The position numbers were made by a program, and so were the translations under genes. Shown piece after piece: positions 38,565-52,240 of a DNA stretch of 64,000 bases. Source of the DNA: Trichosphaerium sp. ATCC 40318 (Eukaryota > Protista > Tubulinea); NCBI GenBank assembly GCA_038496445.1, contig JALMLS010000175.1, positions 186,001-250,000 on the forward strand, written 5' to 3'. The notes under the pieces were generated by a model that saw only the letters and a program-made list of their open reading frames with translations, had not been told where the DNA came from and made no database searches. Position 1 is the stretch's first letter. Each line of letters begins with the position of its first letter.

Positions 38565-40222
38565 TTACTTATTCTCATCTATTCCACATATTTTACATAA
38601 CATAAAGAACATAACGTCTTTGTTACCCCTAAAAGTGAAAAAACTGAGAATAACAGCAAACAACAAGCTATAAAAAACCCTGACACGTGGTGAGGTGTAT
38701 TATGAAAACCAAAAAATCCCTTACCAATAAGAACTATGAGCTCCTAACATTGATGTATACTCCGCCATATTGGCTACTGATGCATCTAGTTGTACGACAT
38801 AGTCGTACCGTCTATTACCCAAGAAATTCACTTGAGTAGGTGCCGTGCTTCGTGTACCCATCAACTGAGAAATACCACTACTACTTCGACTATTACAAGA
38901 AAAAGCAGTGTCAAAGGTTGATAACTATATATGGATATATAACGTACAAAAGTGATGCTAATGAATACCTACGCCAATAAGGTACTACAGCAGGTTCCGT
39001 GTCTTTAAACTTAGGTGATAACCAAGGCTCCAATCGGTAAGCCTAAAAAGACGGTGCACTGTTAGAAAGGAAGATAAAACTTGAAACACGTGCTCACACG
39101 TGAAACGTTTTTATGGTTGTAAGGGTAAAGATACTAAAAACACTTACAATTGGATCATAAGGATGGTAGATGTTGTATAAATTCTCGACTTTTGGATAAA
39201 TGTTATGGTCTCCTGCATCTATACCTACAAGAAAAACCTTAAATACTGTTTAAAAAGATATGTTTAATATGTACCATGAACAGTGAGGAACATTGGTACC
39301 GGAGAACCAAGCATAAATAAGTTCTCAACTTTAAAGTCGAGATCAGGATAATCTATCTCTAGATCCTCTATCATTGACTCTGTCATATCCCCAGGACCGT
39401 CCATAAAGTCCAAGTAACCTCTCAAAACCTCCAAGTTACCTTTAACCCCGTTTAGAATTGGGCATGTACTCAAAACGGAATTTCACTGAGTTGCGTGTCA
39501 AAGAGTTGTACCACGTTGCATCATTTCTGGAGATGTAAAATCAGTGTCAGCGTCTACTTTAGGCTTATTAGTAGCGTCTTCTTGATGTGCGAGCACGTCA
39601 AACATTATTGAAGAGCCAAGAGAATGACCTAGCACTGAAACCTTTTTTAGGCGCTATGTTAGCGTTCTATTTGGTTTACACTATCGTTCGCGTACTTTTT
39701 TGCTTTCCAGTTCAGCAAAGTGAGGATGTTTTGCACAAAACTCTGCGTAATGTTCGTTTAAGAGCTTGCAAATTTGTTGTACTATAATTTGACGATATTT
39801 TGGACTTAGCCTAAAGGTGTTGGATCATTTTGTACGAAATTAGGATTAATACCAATAAAACACGTCTAAAATCTTCTCATTGGATAGACCACGCAAGCTT
39901 TTAATGCCTCCCGGCGTAATAGCTTGAACCTTGCTACAGAATAATAAATACCGTTAAAGGCTTTTGTACGCAGTACTTACTCGTCTACCATGTTATGTAG
40001 AAGCTCATGCCATTCAATGCCTATAAACGTAACTTGCTCCGTTAAACGCTTCTGACGCGTTACCTCGTCGCAATTCTCTTGTAGGCGGGGTACTGTACGG
40101 TGTTATTAGAAGATATAGTATGTCGCAATGGGTTTGAACATACTATAAGAATCAAACTTCTCCGAATGATCACCTACGCCATGAATAACAAAAACCAAAT
40201 GTTCAACAGCCTTTTTAGCCAT
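38565..40222 (-). CDS. DDHD-domain phospholipase A1 (PA-PLA1 family); multi-exon
   Basis: HLVFVIHGVG, IEWH, GHSLGS, FMLGSP, NIYHPYDPIAYRLEP, RYDYV, AHSSYW.NKDV. Confidence 0.92.
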
Positions 40223-40873
40223 AGTGGAAACAGATAATTAAACTATTTCACGATTTTGGCAACCAAAAACCAGCAAGCATCAAGCTTATCAGTTTTTAAT
40301 GGCGTTTTTCGAATCTACGTCGTATCAATAAGAAACCTCGAGTCATTGGGATCCCAAGATTAACAAGTTTAAAGATGAAGGTCGCTTATCATTGATGGAG
40401 TGACTTGGAAGCCATCAAATGTAACTGTTTAGTTTCTTTTTTTTTTCGAAAATTGTTTACTCTTCTTGTCAGGTCATTGTATTTGACCATGCCGAGAAGA
40501 ACTCATATGTACTGAAAGCGATAATGCTGTACTATTTGAAAGCTGTGCTTTTACAAATTTTGTTTGGGGCTGAAATTCAATGAGAAAAAATTCAAAGAAG
40601 TAGTTATAATTTTGTCATAAATAACCTCATTCTTTCTATGTTGACCTCCAATTCAATGCAAGCAACCACCAAAAAAAATTCAGAATTTCAACGACAGGTT
40701 CTCATGATGTCATACACATTGAGACTAGTCATGTTTCTATATTGTCAATTGACGAGTCAACATGTATTGAGAGCAAGATGTCAGTATGAAAATTATCTAG
40801 AAAAATGTAAGAAACACGTGTTAGGCTAATTCAAATAAATTTCGGTTTGGTCAAAAGCCTGTTTGATTTGAAG

Positions 40874-41485
40874 ATGCAAGCTTATGATACTTTGCGGGTA
40901 GCACAAAGGAATACAAATTCTTATGGGATATTTGGAGGTTGGTCTGCTGTATTTACTGCTCTTTGGATTGTTCCTGGCACCTATGAAGCCTGTACTATTC
41001 CATCTGTAAAGTACCCACCTTTAAGCCAGTGGAACCCAAAGATAAGCACTTTACCATCATTACAAACCAAATTTGGGTACCCAAGCATCACGTTCTCTCC
41101 ATTTCATAGTTTATTTGCAAGAGCAGCTGCTCGAACAGCTTTTTCGTACTACTTTGGGGCGCTGGTTGGTAAAACAGTATGGGAAGCTACTCCTACGGGC
41201 TATTTACTGCTCTTTGATCTTCCTTTCGTTGGATTCTGCACTGCTTTTGGTTTATCCGTTGCTGTCGCTGTACCGGTAATAACAGCGCAAACTGCGCTCA
41301 TACAACTTATCAGCAAGGAACAACATACAAATACTATAACTTCACTACTCACAAACCGATTGTACTTACAAGAAAAACTGTTTCTTGGCGCTCTCATGGC
41401 TGTAGTATACTCCATCTTGCCTGCATCTCAATTGGTTGCAGAATACCGTACCAAGTTGGCAGACGCACGTGAAAATTCAAAATGA
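40874..41485 (+). CDS. Intronless hypothetical membrane protein
   Basis: About 203 aa from the ATG at 40874, with several hydrophobic segments; no family recognised. Confidence 0.6.
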   Translation: MQAYDTLRVAQRNTNSYGIFGGWSAVFTALWIVPGTYEACTIPSVKYPPLSQWNPKISTLPSLQTKFGYPSITFSPFHSLFARAAARTAFSYYFGALVGKTVWEATPTGYLLLFDLPFVGFCTAFGLSVAVAVPVITAQTALIQLISKEQHTNTITSLLTNRLYLQEKLFLGALMAVVYSILPASQLVAEYRTKLADARENSK

Positions 41486-41663
41486 ACTCGGATGAGTTCA
41501 ATAAAAATCAAGACGTCAGAACCTCGAAAAGTGACAAAGTAAAGCGGCCGAGATTAAATTTTTGATCGATTGTTTTCTTTTATTTACAAAGGCTATAGTC
41601 TAGTCTTAGACTTTTTTTGTGCAATTTTTTTTTCCTATTTACAGTGATTTTTTCTCTTCCTAT

Positions 41664-44600
41664 TCAAGAGTCTGGTGGCGCTTTATAACCACGTCTCTTT
41701 CCAGATCCACGTCCACGTGATCCACGAAACTGTTGACGTCCTTGCCATGGTTTCTGACCTTGAAAACCTCCTCGGTTATTGTTATTGAAGCCTCCTCCTT
41801 GTCGGCCATTATTATTACCTCCTCGGTAATTTTGACCTCCTTGGAACCTCTGGTTATTATTATTACCACCTCTATTGTTATTATTATCACCACCAAAACC
41901 TTGACGATTACCACCGCCATTATTATTATTGTATCCACCTCTGTTTTGATTACCTTGAAACTGGCCATTATTAGAGTGATTTTGGTTGTTAAATCCTGAT
42001 TGCCCAAATCCGCCTCCTTGACGATTGTTATTATTATTAAACCCGCCACCTTGAGATCCACCTCTACCGTTGTTACTGTTATAACCTTGATTTTTTCCTT
42101 GTTGAAAACCACCGCGGTTGTTGTTATGATTTTGATTTCTTCCTTGGAACCCTTGGTTGCCTCCTCGACGTCCTTGGTTACCTTGGTTTCCTCCAAAATT
42201 ATTCCTATCGTTGTTACCAGCAACATAACCTTGTCTACCACCACGAGGAAATCGACCACCTCTTTGATTATTTCCATTGTTGAATCGACCTTGATTTTGA
42301 TTTTGTTGTTGAAAATTTCTGTTCTGTTGGTTGTTATACGGCGCATTATTTTGGTTGTTGAAGTATCCTTGTCTGTTGCTATTGTTATTTTGAGCTTGAC
42401 TAGGGAACAAAGGTTGACTACCACCGCCAAAAGGCTGATTGTTTCGCCTAATAATGGATCAGAAAAAAAGAAGAAAACAAAGAACAAAGGTAAACAAACA
42501 AAAGACTCTAACATACCTTTGATCACCTTGAGAACCAAAGTTATTTTGCATTCCAGTATTGAAATTATTTCTTCCCTAATAAAGAGTATTAGTAATCACA
42601 AAAAGTTACGTAAACAAAAAAAAATTGGCCATGTTCTTTTTCCTTTTTTTTTCTTTTTAAAGGCTCTATAAGGCTTCCAAGGCAATCTACATCCAACCAT
42701 CACAAGTATTGACTGCGTAAAGGAGCTAAATATGGCACACATTGCCATAGTATAGCATCACCAAACCGCACGCCATATACTATGGACGTTGAACAGAAAT
42801 GCCTCCTCGTCTTAAAGGGTTTTTTTTTTCCGCTTTGTAGGTGCGTATTGCTCCTCCTCAGCCAAAAAAAACACCGAGAGGGCCAAATCGAACAAGACAC
42901 AATAAGAGAGGTTGTGTATAAAATAATACGTTGGCAACACGAAGAGCAAAAAAAAGCTAACACGGCTAGGATATCCGGAATTAATACCTGAAAATTATTA
43001 TTATTTGTCGCAAAGTTTTGAGTTTTTCCTTGATTAGGAGGGTGTACCCCACCCATTCCATTATTCGCTTGAGAAGCACCCTGAAAGCCTCCTTGTACAC
43101 CAATACCGAGGTTTGGTTGTACTGCTCCTGGGTTATTAAAGCCCTGGAGGACAGAAAGGAGCGACGAAAGTACTTGAGGGTCAAAACTCTGTTGAGGTTG
43201 TTGTGAACCGTTGTTTTGGTTTTGAACAGGTGCTACTGAACGCTTTGTATCCTCCTGGATAGGTTAGTTGAAAGGATAACAAGTAAGAAAGGAAGGGAAG
43301 AAAAAGTACGTACATCTTCACTAGGAACTTGAATGATAGTTCTATCATCATACTGACGTCCAAACTCCTCACTAGGTATTGGTTTTGGTGATCTAGGTAT
43401 ATTTTCTTCCTTTAGATATACAGCCATCATGACACCTTTTTCGCGTTCGAATTGAACTTCTCGTTCTTCTGTACTGACGTCGTATTGTGCAGGTAATTGT
43501 AAATCTTTTTCAACAGGCGAAAAGTCGATTGCTTCAAGAGTGTTAGCCAAGTACAAATATTTTCACGTGTACGTGAACATACCTGGTGGTTGATAAAACT
43601 TCATAGTGGGTTTAAATTCAGACCGTCTTTTATTCCAATCATTTTCATGCTTGATTTGAACCATATTACGCTCATTAGCACGTTCACGCTTTGCTGCATC
43701 TTTGTAACTTGACAGAGGCTATTCAAAAACAAAATTAATCAAAATAGAAAAACCTACGAAAGGTCCAAAACAAATATAGTCAAAAATCTTTCAAAAAGAC
43801 TTGATTGATTTCTTTCAATATGCCTTTCTTTTGAATGATGAAAAAGTAAATGGATTGTAAACGTACAACAATACTACTGTCTTTATCAAAGTACTTGATC
43901 TTTTCCAACTTATCATCAGGAGCCCAACAAATATGTCTTTTTATCTTTCCTGTTTTCTTACTAATCTGAACCTCAGGTTCTTTAGGTTCATCAGGAAATA
44001 TACTAGCGTCGGTTTCAACATCCATAGCATCCTTACAAACAAGTTAAATCAAAAAAAACACCGAGACAAACTCACAACAAACACGTTTTTTTGTTTCCTT
44101 CAAAAAAAAATGCACGTACTTCTTTCTTTGAAATAGGGACTCGAGAAGAATCATTCATTGGAATACGTTGGACAACAGAAATATTAGTCGTAGTTGTCTG
44201 TAACTTACGCTTTCGCGCATCTTCTTCCTTGCGTAGTTTATTCGCAAACTTTTGCTTTTTAAGCTCATCAACACTCATAGGCTTAGCAACATGTCTAGAT
44301 CCAACTGATTTATGTCTATTCAAGTCTGTAATTTCAGCATCATCTACCAAAGCAGTAGTACGCTTAAACCTCTTTGCTGTTGGTCCAGCAGAAGCTGCTT
44401 TACGTTTTCGGTTCATACTAGCCATCTTTCGCCACTTCCCAACGAGAACAGAAGCGATTTGGCTCGTCTCTGCATCCTTAACTCGAGTAATCTTGTTCAC
44501 AACTTTACCAATACCATAGTCTTTTAATATCTTTACCGTGATAGTAGCACGTTCTAGTACCTTCAAACTAAGTTTTAACACTTCAAACTGTTCATCTCGC

Positions 44601-45371
44601 CGAGCCGCAGTTAACCACTTGCAAATGGTCTCAATGGCACGCAACTCGTCAAGGATAAACATAAGCGTTGTCTGTGGTGTCTTGGACAGTACTCCAAGAA
44701 AGCGTTTCTGAGAGAAGTAATCGTGATCTCCACCAAGCATACCAACAAATATTTTAGCCATGTCTGTTGATGCAACGCCAGAGTTCTTATCTAGCAACTG
44801 AGACAGCTGATCTTCCTTCGGAACATGATAGAGCTCATCGTGAAACAACGCTTGAGTGCCGTTGCCACCTTGAATTTCTACAAAAAATGAGTTTGACATA
44901 CTACCTCACAAAGCGTTTTCAAAGCGCTATACAACCAAAGCACGGTAATATCCTTTTTTGAAAGGTAAAAAGAATTTAACGTACCCATCGATCCGTTTTT
45001 GAGGCCCATTGATTCTACTGGATACATGGCATTGTTCTGCTTATCAACTGATTCACCGAGGTACTAAACGTAACGTTGGTATGTTTTTTTCACTTCAGCT
45101 AACTCAATTCTCTTCGTACCTCCTCAGAAAACGCGCTGGGCATAGCAGTAGTATCAAGGAACCCATCAACGCCAGTACCAAACCCATACTGCTGATTTGA
45201 AAAAGCAAGTTGGTCTTGTAATTCTGGGGGTGTGTGGGCGTTAGAAAAACCGCGGTTGCCATCAAGGAAATTGTTCGCGTCGTTTACAGCGTCTGATGCC
45301 CCAGAAGTTTCGAGCAAAGAACCACCGAACGCAACAGGTACTGTAGAGTCAATAGACATGTTATCCAACAT
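41664..45371 (-). CDS. PPP1R10: PNUTS/PPP1R10-like PP1 nuclear targeting subunit; multi-exon
   Basis: TFIIS-N domain (LKVLERATITVKILKDYGIGKVVNKI...LVGKW), PP1-docking KRHICWAPDDKLEKIKYF and a long G/N/Q RGG low-complexity tail. Confidence 0.8.
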
Positions 45372-46173
45372 TATTGCGGCGTTTACAAGCTTCAACGTAA
45401 ATGTGGCTGGGTAATACAGACAACGTTGATTTAAACTGCTTATAACAAGCGTATACTCTTTTAGGCAAAAACCAGCTGTGTACAAGCTGAAAATAAACCG
45501 TCAAGACAAAGGGTATTGATTAATTAGAGTCAATACAATATCGGGTGCACCAAAATCAACGGAGTAGCGTTTGTTCTGGTATTCTGCGAGATTTTATTGA
45601 AATGGTTCAGAGTTTCACCGCAAAAGAATTTTCCACACAAATTCTGTCGCTCACATTGCTTAATACTAGTCCCAATCATCAAAGCAGCTTGTGACATGCC
45701 AGTAAAATACATTTGTGGAGGTAACAGGAAATATAGCAAACAAATTTGTTTAATTAAACCTTAGACTGTGGAGCTATGAATAGCATAGGAGAAAAGGACG
45801 CTATCAGGTAAAAAAACATGAAATAATTGACAATTACTTATTAATACTTGCTCAGATGCCGTTCATGTGGTTACAGGATCTTATACAAAATACGCACAGG
45901 CCGTACCATTCAATTCGAGGCGAGATAGCATAAAAAAGCTTAACGTATTAACAGAAGCAATACTGACACTGTAAAAACGCCAAAAAACGTCTTCTGCGCT
46001 ACCAATAAATACCTTACAAAAAAAAACAACGACCAAAGTGCTTCGGAAATGGCGTTTGGCATTGTGCCTTACGCAAAATTTTTTTATTTCAAAAACAACT
46101 GACAACGATTAATCAATTGGTAAAAAATCAAGACGTCATCCTTAGGCTGTTCCGTTTCGAATATTTGGGGATT

Positions 46174-47275
46174 TTAATTTTGTTTCTTGTTGCCAGTTTT
46201 TGGACTTCCTGACTTCTTGAGGTAACGTGCAGCGTGTGTTCCTTGTACCCAAGCGTTATCAATACCATCAATGTTTGTGGTAGTTGTCTTTTTAGATTTC
46301 TATGTAAAACAAAGAGAGTCAATACATCTTACGTTAATTGAGATAGATTGCATCAGTACCTTCTTCTTTCCGCCAGTACCAAACATCAAATAAGCCAATA
46401 GTCCAACGACAGATGTACCACCAAAGTACAAGAACAATGACTAAAAAATTAAAGCATTAGACGTCTTCAGAGATCAACGAAAAAAATGTGACTTTTTTTT
46501 TTTGTAAATAAGCATCTTATTCTCTTTAAACGCTTACTTGGATATCAAAGTTGCTCTTTTCTTCTTTCATGATGATTGTAGAGTTCATCAACAAGGTAGC
46601 GTAGTTGATACCATCCTTAGAAATGAGTCAGCGCCGAAACGACAATAGAATAAAAAAAAATGAAAATTTTTTTAATGGAGAGTTTCTTGACGTTTACGCA
46701 CTTGATCAGCGTAGTATACTGTAGCAACAATAGCAAAATCTCTTGGTTCGAGCATTGGATCAGGGTAGATGTAGTACAAGAATGATGATTCGCCACCTGG
46801 AGGTACAATGGTGCCGTACGATTGACGAGTAAACTATTTAAAAACCAGTGAATAGAAAGCGCTTGCAGATACACTGAGCGAACCGTACGTTTTGCACATA
46901 AACTGAATAATCTTGTGGGTGGTTCAAAGACGCTTCTATTGCAGTGATGTTGAATCTGTTTGGTCCTGTGTTTCTAAAGCCAAACAAGAGCTCGCCTTGC
47001 TTTCCAAGTTTATGCTCTAACGTACAGAGTTAGTTTTTAGTGCAAATGAAGTGAAAGTACCGTTGCTAGCCGAGTTTGGCATTAAACCAACTACTCTCAC
47101 ATCTGGGGATGAGGCAATCTCTATTTCATCGTCTTGACGTGGCGGTTCATCCATTCCAGCGTCGTCTTCATTTTGGCATAAAATACCTACAACCAATCAA
47201 TACCGTGTAAATTGAGCGTATTTATGTCTTACAGCCCGCAGTCAATAGCGCAAACACGAGAAAAACTTTAAACAT
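46174..47275 (-). CDS. SSR1: Translocon-associated protein alpha (TRAP-alpha); multi-exon
   Basis: Signal peptide, acidic N-terminus, LLFGFRNTG..FNITAIEASLNHPQDYSVYVQNF, SFLYYIYPDPMLEPRDF, a TM helix and DNAWV tail. Confidence 0.88.
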
Positions 47276-48156
47276 TGACGTCCAACTTGTACACGCGTCA
47301 GCTAATTGGTGAAGTCAAAAACGGTCAAAATTTTTGACACGTTGATAGTGCCCCACTTGTGGTCTTGTCGCTTCTAAGTGAATTCTACGAAGTGTGTATA
47401 TGTTTTGAGTACGTTTACAGTCTCGCTAGTGCTAAATCAAGAAATATTTTTACTACATTCTTGTTTTGCTTGCAAAACGTACAATATCGATAAGTTACGC
47501 GTAGTTTATTGTGAACAATGCTTCCTTTCAAAAGTCTACTTGTTTCAGGATGGTCTTGCTTGTTTCTTTTAGTACTGCATACTCTACAGCTTTTATTCGC
47601 TTGCTGCTTAGTATTTATGTACTACATACGCTTACAAACGCGAAACGGTTGAAAACACGTGCGAAATTTAAGTTGTCTTTCCATTTGCTTGGACCATAAC
47701 TGTAAAAGATTACGCAGTTTTATCTTATTTCCAAGCTCCTGTGCAACTGTAGCACGCTTTTCTTTCTAAACAACCAGTGGTGCAACTGTTGTACAAAGAA
47801 CTTGAGAATTCAACATGATACAATACTAAATGCAAGGCTTGATGAATACCCGGATATAATCACGTGATGTCACGGTAGCACCACTTTTTTATTCTTAGCT
47901 TTAACGGCCTTTTTACTTGTTCAACTAACTGTATTAGTTTCGGGAAATCTCGAGATCACTTGTACCCACTGTGGTTTTAGGAAGACATAGCAAAGCGCTC
48001 TTCATATCTAATTAACTGAGTAATGGTAGTACCTCTTTTTGTGTCGCGCAATCATCTAAATTCGTCATAAGTCCTACCCAGATTAAACCAAACAGAGAAC
48101 TACCTTCTCAACTCTTCGTAAACATTAAAACTTCACAAGTACCAGCTCTAACACGG

Positions 48157-49001
48157 ATGAATAAGAGCGGGCTATTAGTTTCTTGTGTTCTCATTGGTAA
48201 TAGTTCAGTAGGAAAAACAGCAGTTCTAAGACGGTGGCGAGGGCTAAAGTACGTTATTTTTTTTCGCGTTCTTTTATTAAACAATGCACGTGATTTTTTC
48301 TTTAATAACGTATGTAGGTTTGACCCCGAAACAGAACCAACAGAATTAGAGTGTAGAGTATGTATTAAAGAAAAAGCGAACGGCGACGTTGTTAAATTCT
48401 CCGTCTGGGATACGTACGTGCGTTTACGGAGAGCTCTCCGCTCAATAGATCATGTTTTGAAAGGGTTAATCCGAAATAATGAACCTTCATTTGGACTTGT
48501 TTTATTTTCTCAAAAACCCTTCCATGGCTTCTAACGTTAGTTCTCAGGTCTGGACAAACTAATTTCAGAGAGTTTAGAAAGTTGTGTTATAAAACATCCC
48601 TGGTTGCTGTTGTTATGTTCTCTCTTACTGACAGCCGATCCTTCTTTGATGTTGAAGATGTATGGATGAAGGAACTAAGAGATGAAGCCCCAAATCTTCC
48701 GGTTATTCTTGTTGGAACAAAACGAGACATGAGGCGAGATAGGAACTATTTTCAAAGCTCTGAAGCGAAGGATATGACGAACGTAAGTAAGGTTATCTCT
48801 GAAGAGCAAGGGGAAGCCATGGCAAATAGTATAGGCGCTATGGCTTATGTTGAATGCTCTGCAGTTGCTGATAATGCAGATATGCTTTTCGATCACGTGT
48901 TTAGAGCGTCAGTAAAGAGGATAAATAAGCTAAAAGGTAAAATAAGGCATAAGCCTGAAAAGTGGATTTTAGGCGTAACGAGGAAACATGTAAATAAATA
49001 A
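48157..49001 (+). CDS. Atypical Rho/Rac-family small GTPase; 3 exons
   Basis: G1 GNSSVGKT, G3 WDTSGQ, G4 VGTKRD, G5 ECSA and a Rho insert; no C-terminal CAAX. Confidence 0.85.
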
Positions 49002-49279
49002 GTTTTTAAATTAGACAACGCAACTTCAGCTCTTTAAAATATCAACAAAGACATTTGACAAGGTTCAACAAACAGCCTTTGTAACAAGCCCACTAACACG
49101 CTATATCTTGAACTGTACCGCCTTTCACTGTACAGCCTTCCAAGTGTCACAAAATTGTACTATGATTTTTGCCGCGAACTTGTGAATTCAAACATCCTCA
49201 AACGTGGATATAAGGCTTGTAGATGCCTTAAACCGTTATTGTCCAGTGTTTTGTACCAGTACGTAGGCGCTTGTGAGAT

Positions 49280-49897
49280 ATGGAGCCTGCTGCTGACAAT
49301 ACGAGTGAAAAACCTCCAGACTCTCAACAGGCATTGACAAGTCCAATAATACTGCAATGCAAGGAGTGCCTGACCATTTTGGGCGACTCATTTAGCTGGG
49401 TAAACGCAAACAAACAGTTGAACGTAATTGCCCTCCATGGTGCGTTAATTGCTCTCAAACAGTCATTAACTAACGATAGCGGCTGTAAATATCAACGTAC
49501 AAGATAAAATGCTTCGAATATCAAAAGTCAACGGTCAGATAGACTTGGGAAGGTACAGCGAATAACCAAAGAAAATTTTCGCGCTAACAGTTTTGCGCCA
49601 AGTGCGTTTTTCCCTATTCAATGCGCCAAATGCCAAACAACGGTGGGTAAATGCTATAAAACAACACCAGAATCGCTAGATGAACTAAGAAACAAAATGA
49701 CGTTTGACTGCGATAAACTATCTTTATATATGCTTGGTGCTGCACAACAGCAAGCAGGGTTTACATTAACAGAAGAAAACCCAACTCTACAAATTCAAGA
49801 GCATTTAGTAACTTTAATCGAACAGTTGAATCAACTTCAATTACGTGTTAAGGAACTAGAGAGCGCTTCTGAAACCCCACAACCAATGAATATGTAA
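49280..49897 (+). CDS. MIS18: Mis18 (Yippee-like) centromere licensing protein; 3 exons
   Basis: PIILQCKECLTILGDS, CAKC...VGKCYKTTPESLDELR...F..DKLSLY.LG and a C-terminal coiled coil. Confidence 0.88.
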
Positions 49898-50316
49898 AAA
49901 AAAAAAAAAAAGAATGAATGAGTGAACATGAGAACACAATGAAATAAAAAAATGTACCATAGAACAAGCTTGCTAACAGGTTTGATGCCGACTTTTGATT
50001 TTCTTTTTTTTTTCTTTTTTTTTTTTTCACCCCTTTTGATGAGGAGTATAACTAGAATACGGCTAAAGAGACTTTGTTACCAAAGCCTTTATGTTCAAAT
50101 ATGTAATCCACAATAAAAGTTTACTAACGTGACATACTTTCATCAATAAACAAGAAGGAGAATACAAGAAATGGACGACAAATGGTCAATTGGCAAGGCA
50201 GTGTAATTTTTCAATGGTAATAATAAGACGAGTCTTTCCTTCTTTGAACCCATTGGTGCATCTTGGCTATTGTTGTTTCTAACGAATTTACATTGTTGTT
50301 ACTCTAATATTGGGAA

Positions 50317-51465
50317 CTATTCCTCCCAATGACAATGTATGCCCTTGTATACCATGCTCAACGAATATTCTATAAATAACGTCCTGTACTGAACTATATT
50401 AAGTTGTCTTAGTGCTCTTGGTGTGGCTGTTCTAATAGATAGGTCAACAGCATAGAGACCTTGTTCGAATAGTTCAGCGATACCTTCATACGAAACGTGA
50501 GCACAATTATTAAGACCAATAGTGTGAACACCTTTAAGTTGTTTGATCCCGTCATCTGTAACTGCAGTTCCATCAAGATTAATGGCATGAACTCCTACAA
50601 GTGCTTTGATACCCTCATCTGTAACTGAAGTGTGAGAAAGGTCAATAGCATAAACACCTGCTAGTGCTTTGAGTCCTTTATCTGTTACTAAAGTGTCTTC
50701 AAGGCGAATAACATGAACTCCAGCAAGTTCTTTGATACCTTCATCTGACACAGAAGTATGTGAAAGGTAAATTGAATGAACACCTCTTAATGACTTCATA
50801 CCTTTGTCTGTCACATCACAAAGCTTTAGGTAAATAGTATGGACACCTTTGAGTGACTTAATACCTTCATCTGTCACTGAAGTGAATGAAAGATCAATAG
50901 TATGTACACCACTTAAAGACTTGATACCTTCATCTGTCACGTTTAAACAACCCATTAGGTTAATTGAATGAACTCCAGCAAGCGCTTTGATACCCTCATC
51001 TGTAATTGAAGTGCGAGAAAGGCCAATAGTATGAACGCCACTCAACATCTTGACACCTTTGTCAGTCACATGCTTACAACGATGTAGACGGATGGTATGA
51101 ACACCAGCAAGCATTTTTAAATCAGTATCATTTATGCCACTTTTATACTCATAACAGGACTTCGGAAATGATGTATGCACATGGCGACATCCAGACAACA
51201 ATGAATACAAAGTGTGATTTTCAACTTCCATTATGACAATACTATTGTTCATTACTCCCTTGTACTGTATAACCTTAAGAATATCTTGAATACGGCTTAT
51301 ATAAACTCTATCATATCCAACAACATCATGGATGATATCAGCCATCACGTGACATGATTGAGCAATACTAAATCTTGTTTTCGCTTCTGTATGACCGAGA
51401 ATAGTTGCAATTACCTCAGGAGGCAAATCAATGATGCCACGATCTGTTATCTGTGTTCTTTTCAT
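50317..51465 (-). CDS. Intronless F-box + leucine-rich repeat protein (GVHTI.LS.T.VTD.GIK.L repeats)
   Basis: IIDLPPEVIATILGH...RFSIAQSC F-box; about ten 21-22 aa LRRs. Confidence 0.92.
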   Translation of the reverse strand: MKRTQITDRGIIDLPPEVIATILGHTEAKTRFSIAQSCHVMADIIHDVVGYDRVYISRIQDILKVIQYKGVMNNSIVIMEVENHTLYSLLSGCRHVHTSFPKSCYEYKSGINDTDLKMLAGVHTIRLHRCKHVTDKGVKMLSGVHTIGLSRTSITDEGIKALAGVHSINLMGCLNVTDEGIKSLSGVHTIDLSFTSVTDEGIKSLKGVHTIYLKLCDVTDKGMKSLRGVHSIYLSHTSVSDEGIKELAGVHVIRLEDTLVTDKGLKALAGVYAIDLSHTSVTDEGIKALVGVHAINLDGTAVTDDGIKQLKGVHTIGLNNCAHVSYEGIAELFEQGLYAVDLSIRTATPRALRQLNIVQYRTLFIEYSLSMVYKGIHCHWEE

Positions 51466-51495
51466 TGTTAGTAGTGCGTATACTAGTATACCTAG

Positions 51496-51813
51496 TCATT
51501 GAACGTACTCTCTTGTTTGTTTGACCTTTGGTTCCTTCATATTCTCAAATTGTGCTAAACGCTCATGTTTTGATAACTCTACGCGTTTAGAAACGCTTTT
51601 ATTGTTTTCAATTAACGTTTCAGCAACGTTTGAGTTTTGGAAGAGATACTGGTCTAATTGTTGACAAAGACTCTTGTTTGCAATGTCTAGGATACTTTTA
51701 AGCTGTTTTAAGAACGCTTCATGTTGTTTCGCAATAATTGTATTGAAAGCTGTTGCGTGGTTGTTGCGATAGTACGCTATTGCTTGCTCTATTGAAACGC
51801 CCTGTAAATCCAT
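51496..51813 (-). CDS. Small intronless helical hypothetical protein
   Basis: 105 aa ATG-TGA ORF ending 30 nt upstream of the F-box-LRR start codon. Confidence 0.5.
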   Translation of the reverse strand: MDLQGVSIEQAIAYYRNNHATAFNTIIAKQHEAFLKQLKSILDIANKSLCQQLDQYLFQNSNVAETLIENNKSVSKRVELSKHERLAQFENMKEPKVKQTREYVQ

Positions 51814-52240
51814 GATTTGTATTTAAGGAGTACTCTCAACAATTTCAACTGGAAAAAGAGAAAGGGTTGGACTTTAAAACTCTGGAATTTATAGCCGAAA
51901 AGAATGGAAAATGGCAAAGAAGAAATATCTCCTAAATTTCTGATATTACTATGCCCCTCCTAACATGTCAACAGTATTGGAAACATAGGAAGCAACCTGA
52001 GCAATACAAGAGGTACACAAATAGTTGATTAGAATACCAATGCAATTACGTCAGTGGTGAACAAGAAGGCCAATGTAAGACATGGAATGACAATGGCCAG
52101 TTGATGATGAAGGAGTTATTATATAAGTGGTAAACAAGAAGGAGAACCCAAGTACATGTTCTCTCCTCGAATAGTATTGTAAATTACCAAGAATGCAGGA
52201 ATCTAACTGTTGGTCAATGATTGAAAAAAAAACATAATAT

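Noticed and set aside
41660-42671. Long I/V/T-rich ORFs overlapping the PNUTS tail
   Set aside because: Alternative-frame readings of the G/N/Q low-complexity exon.
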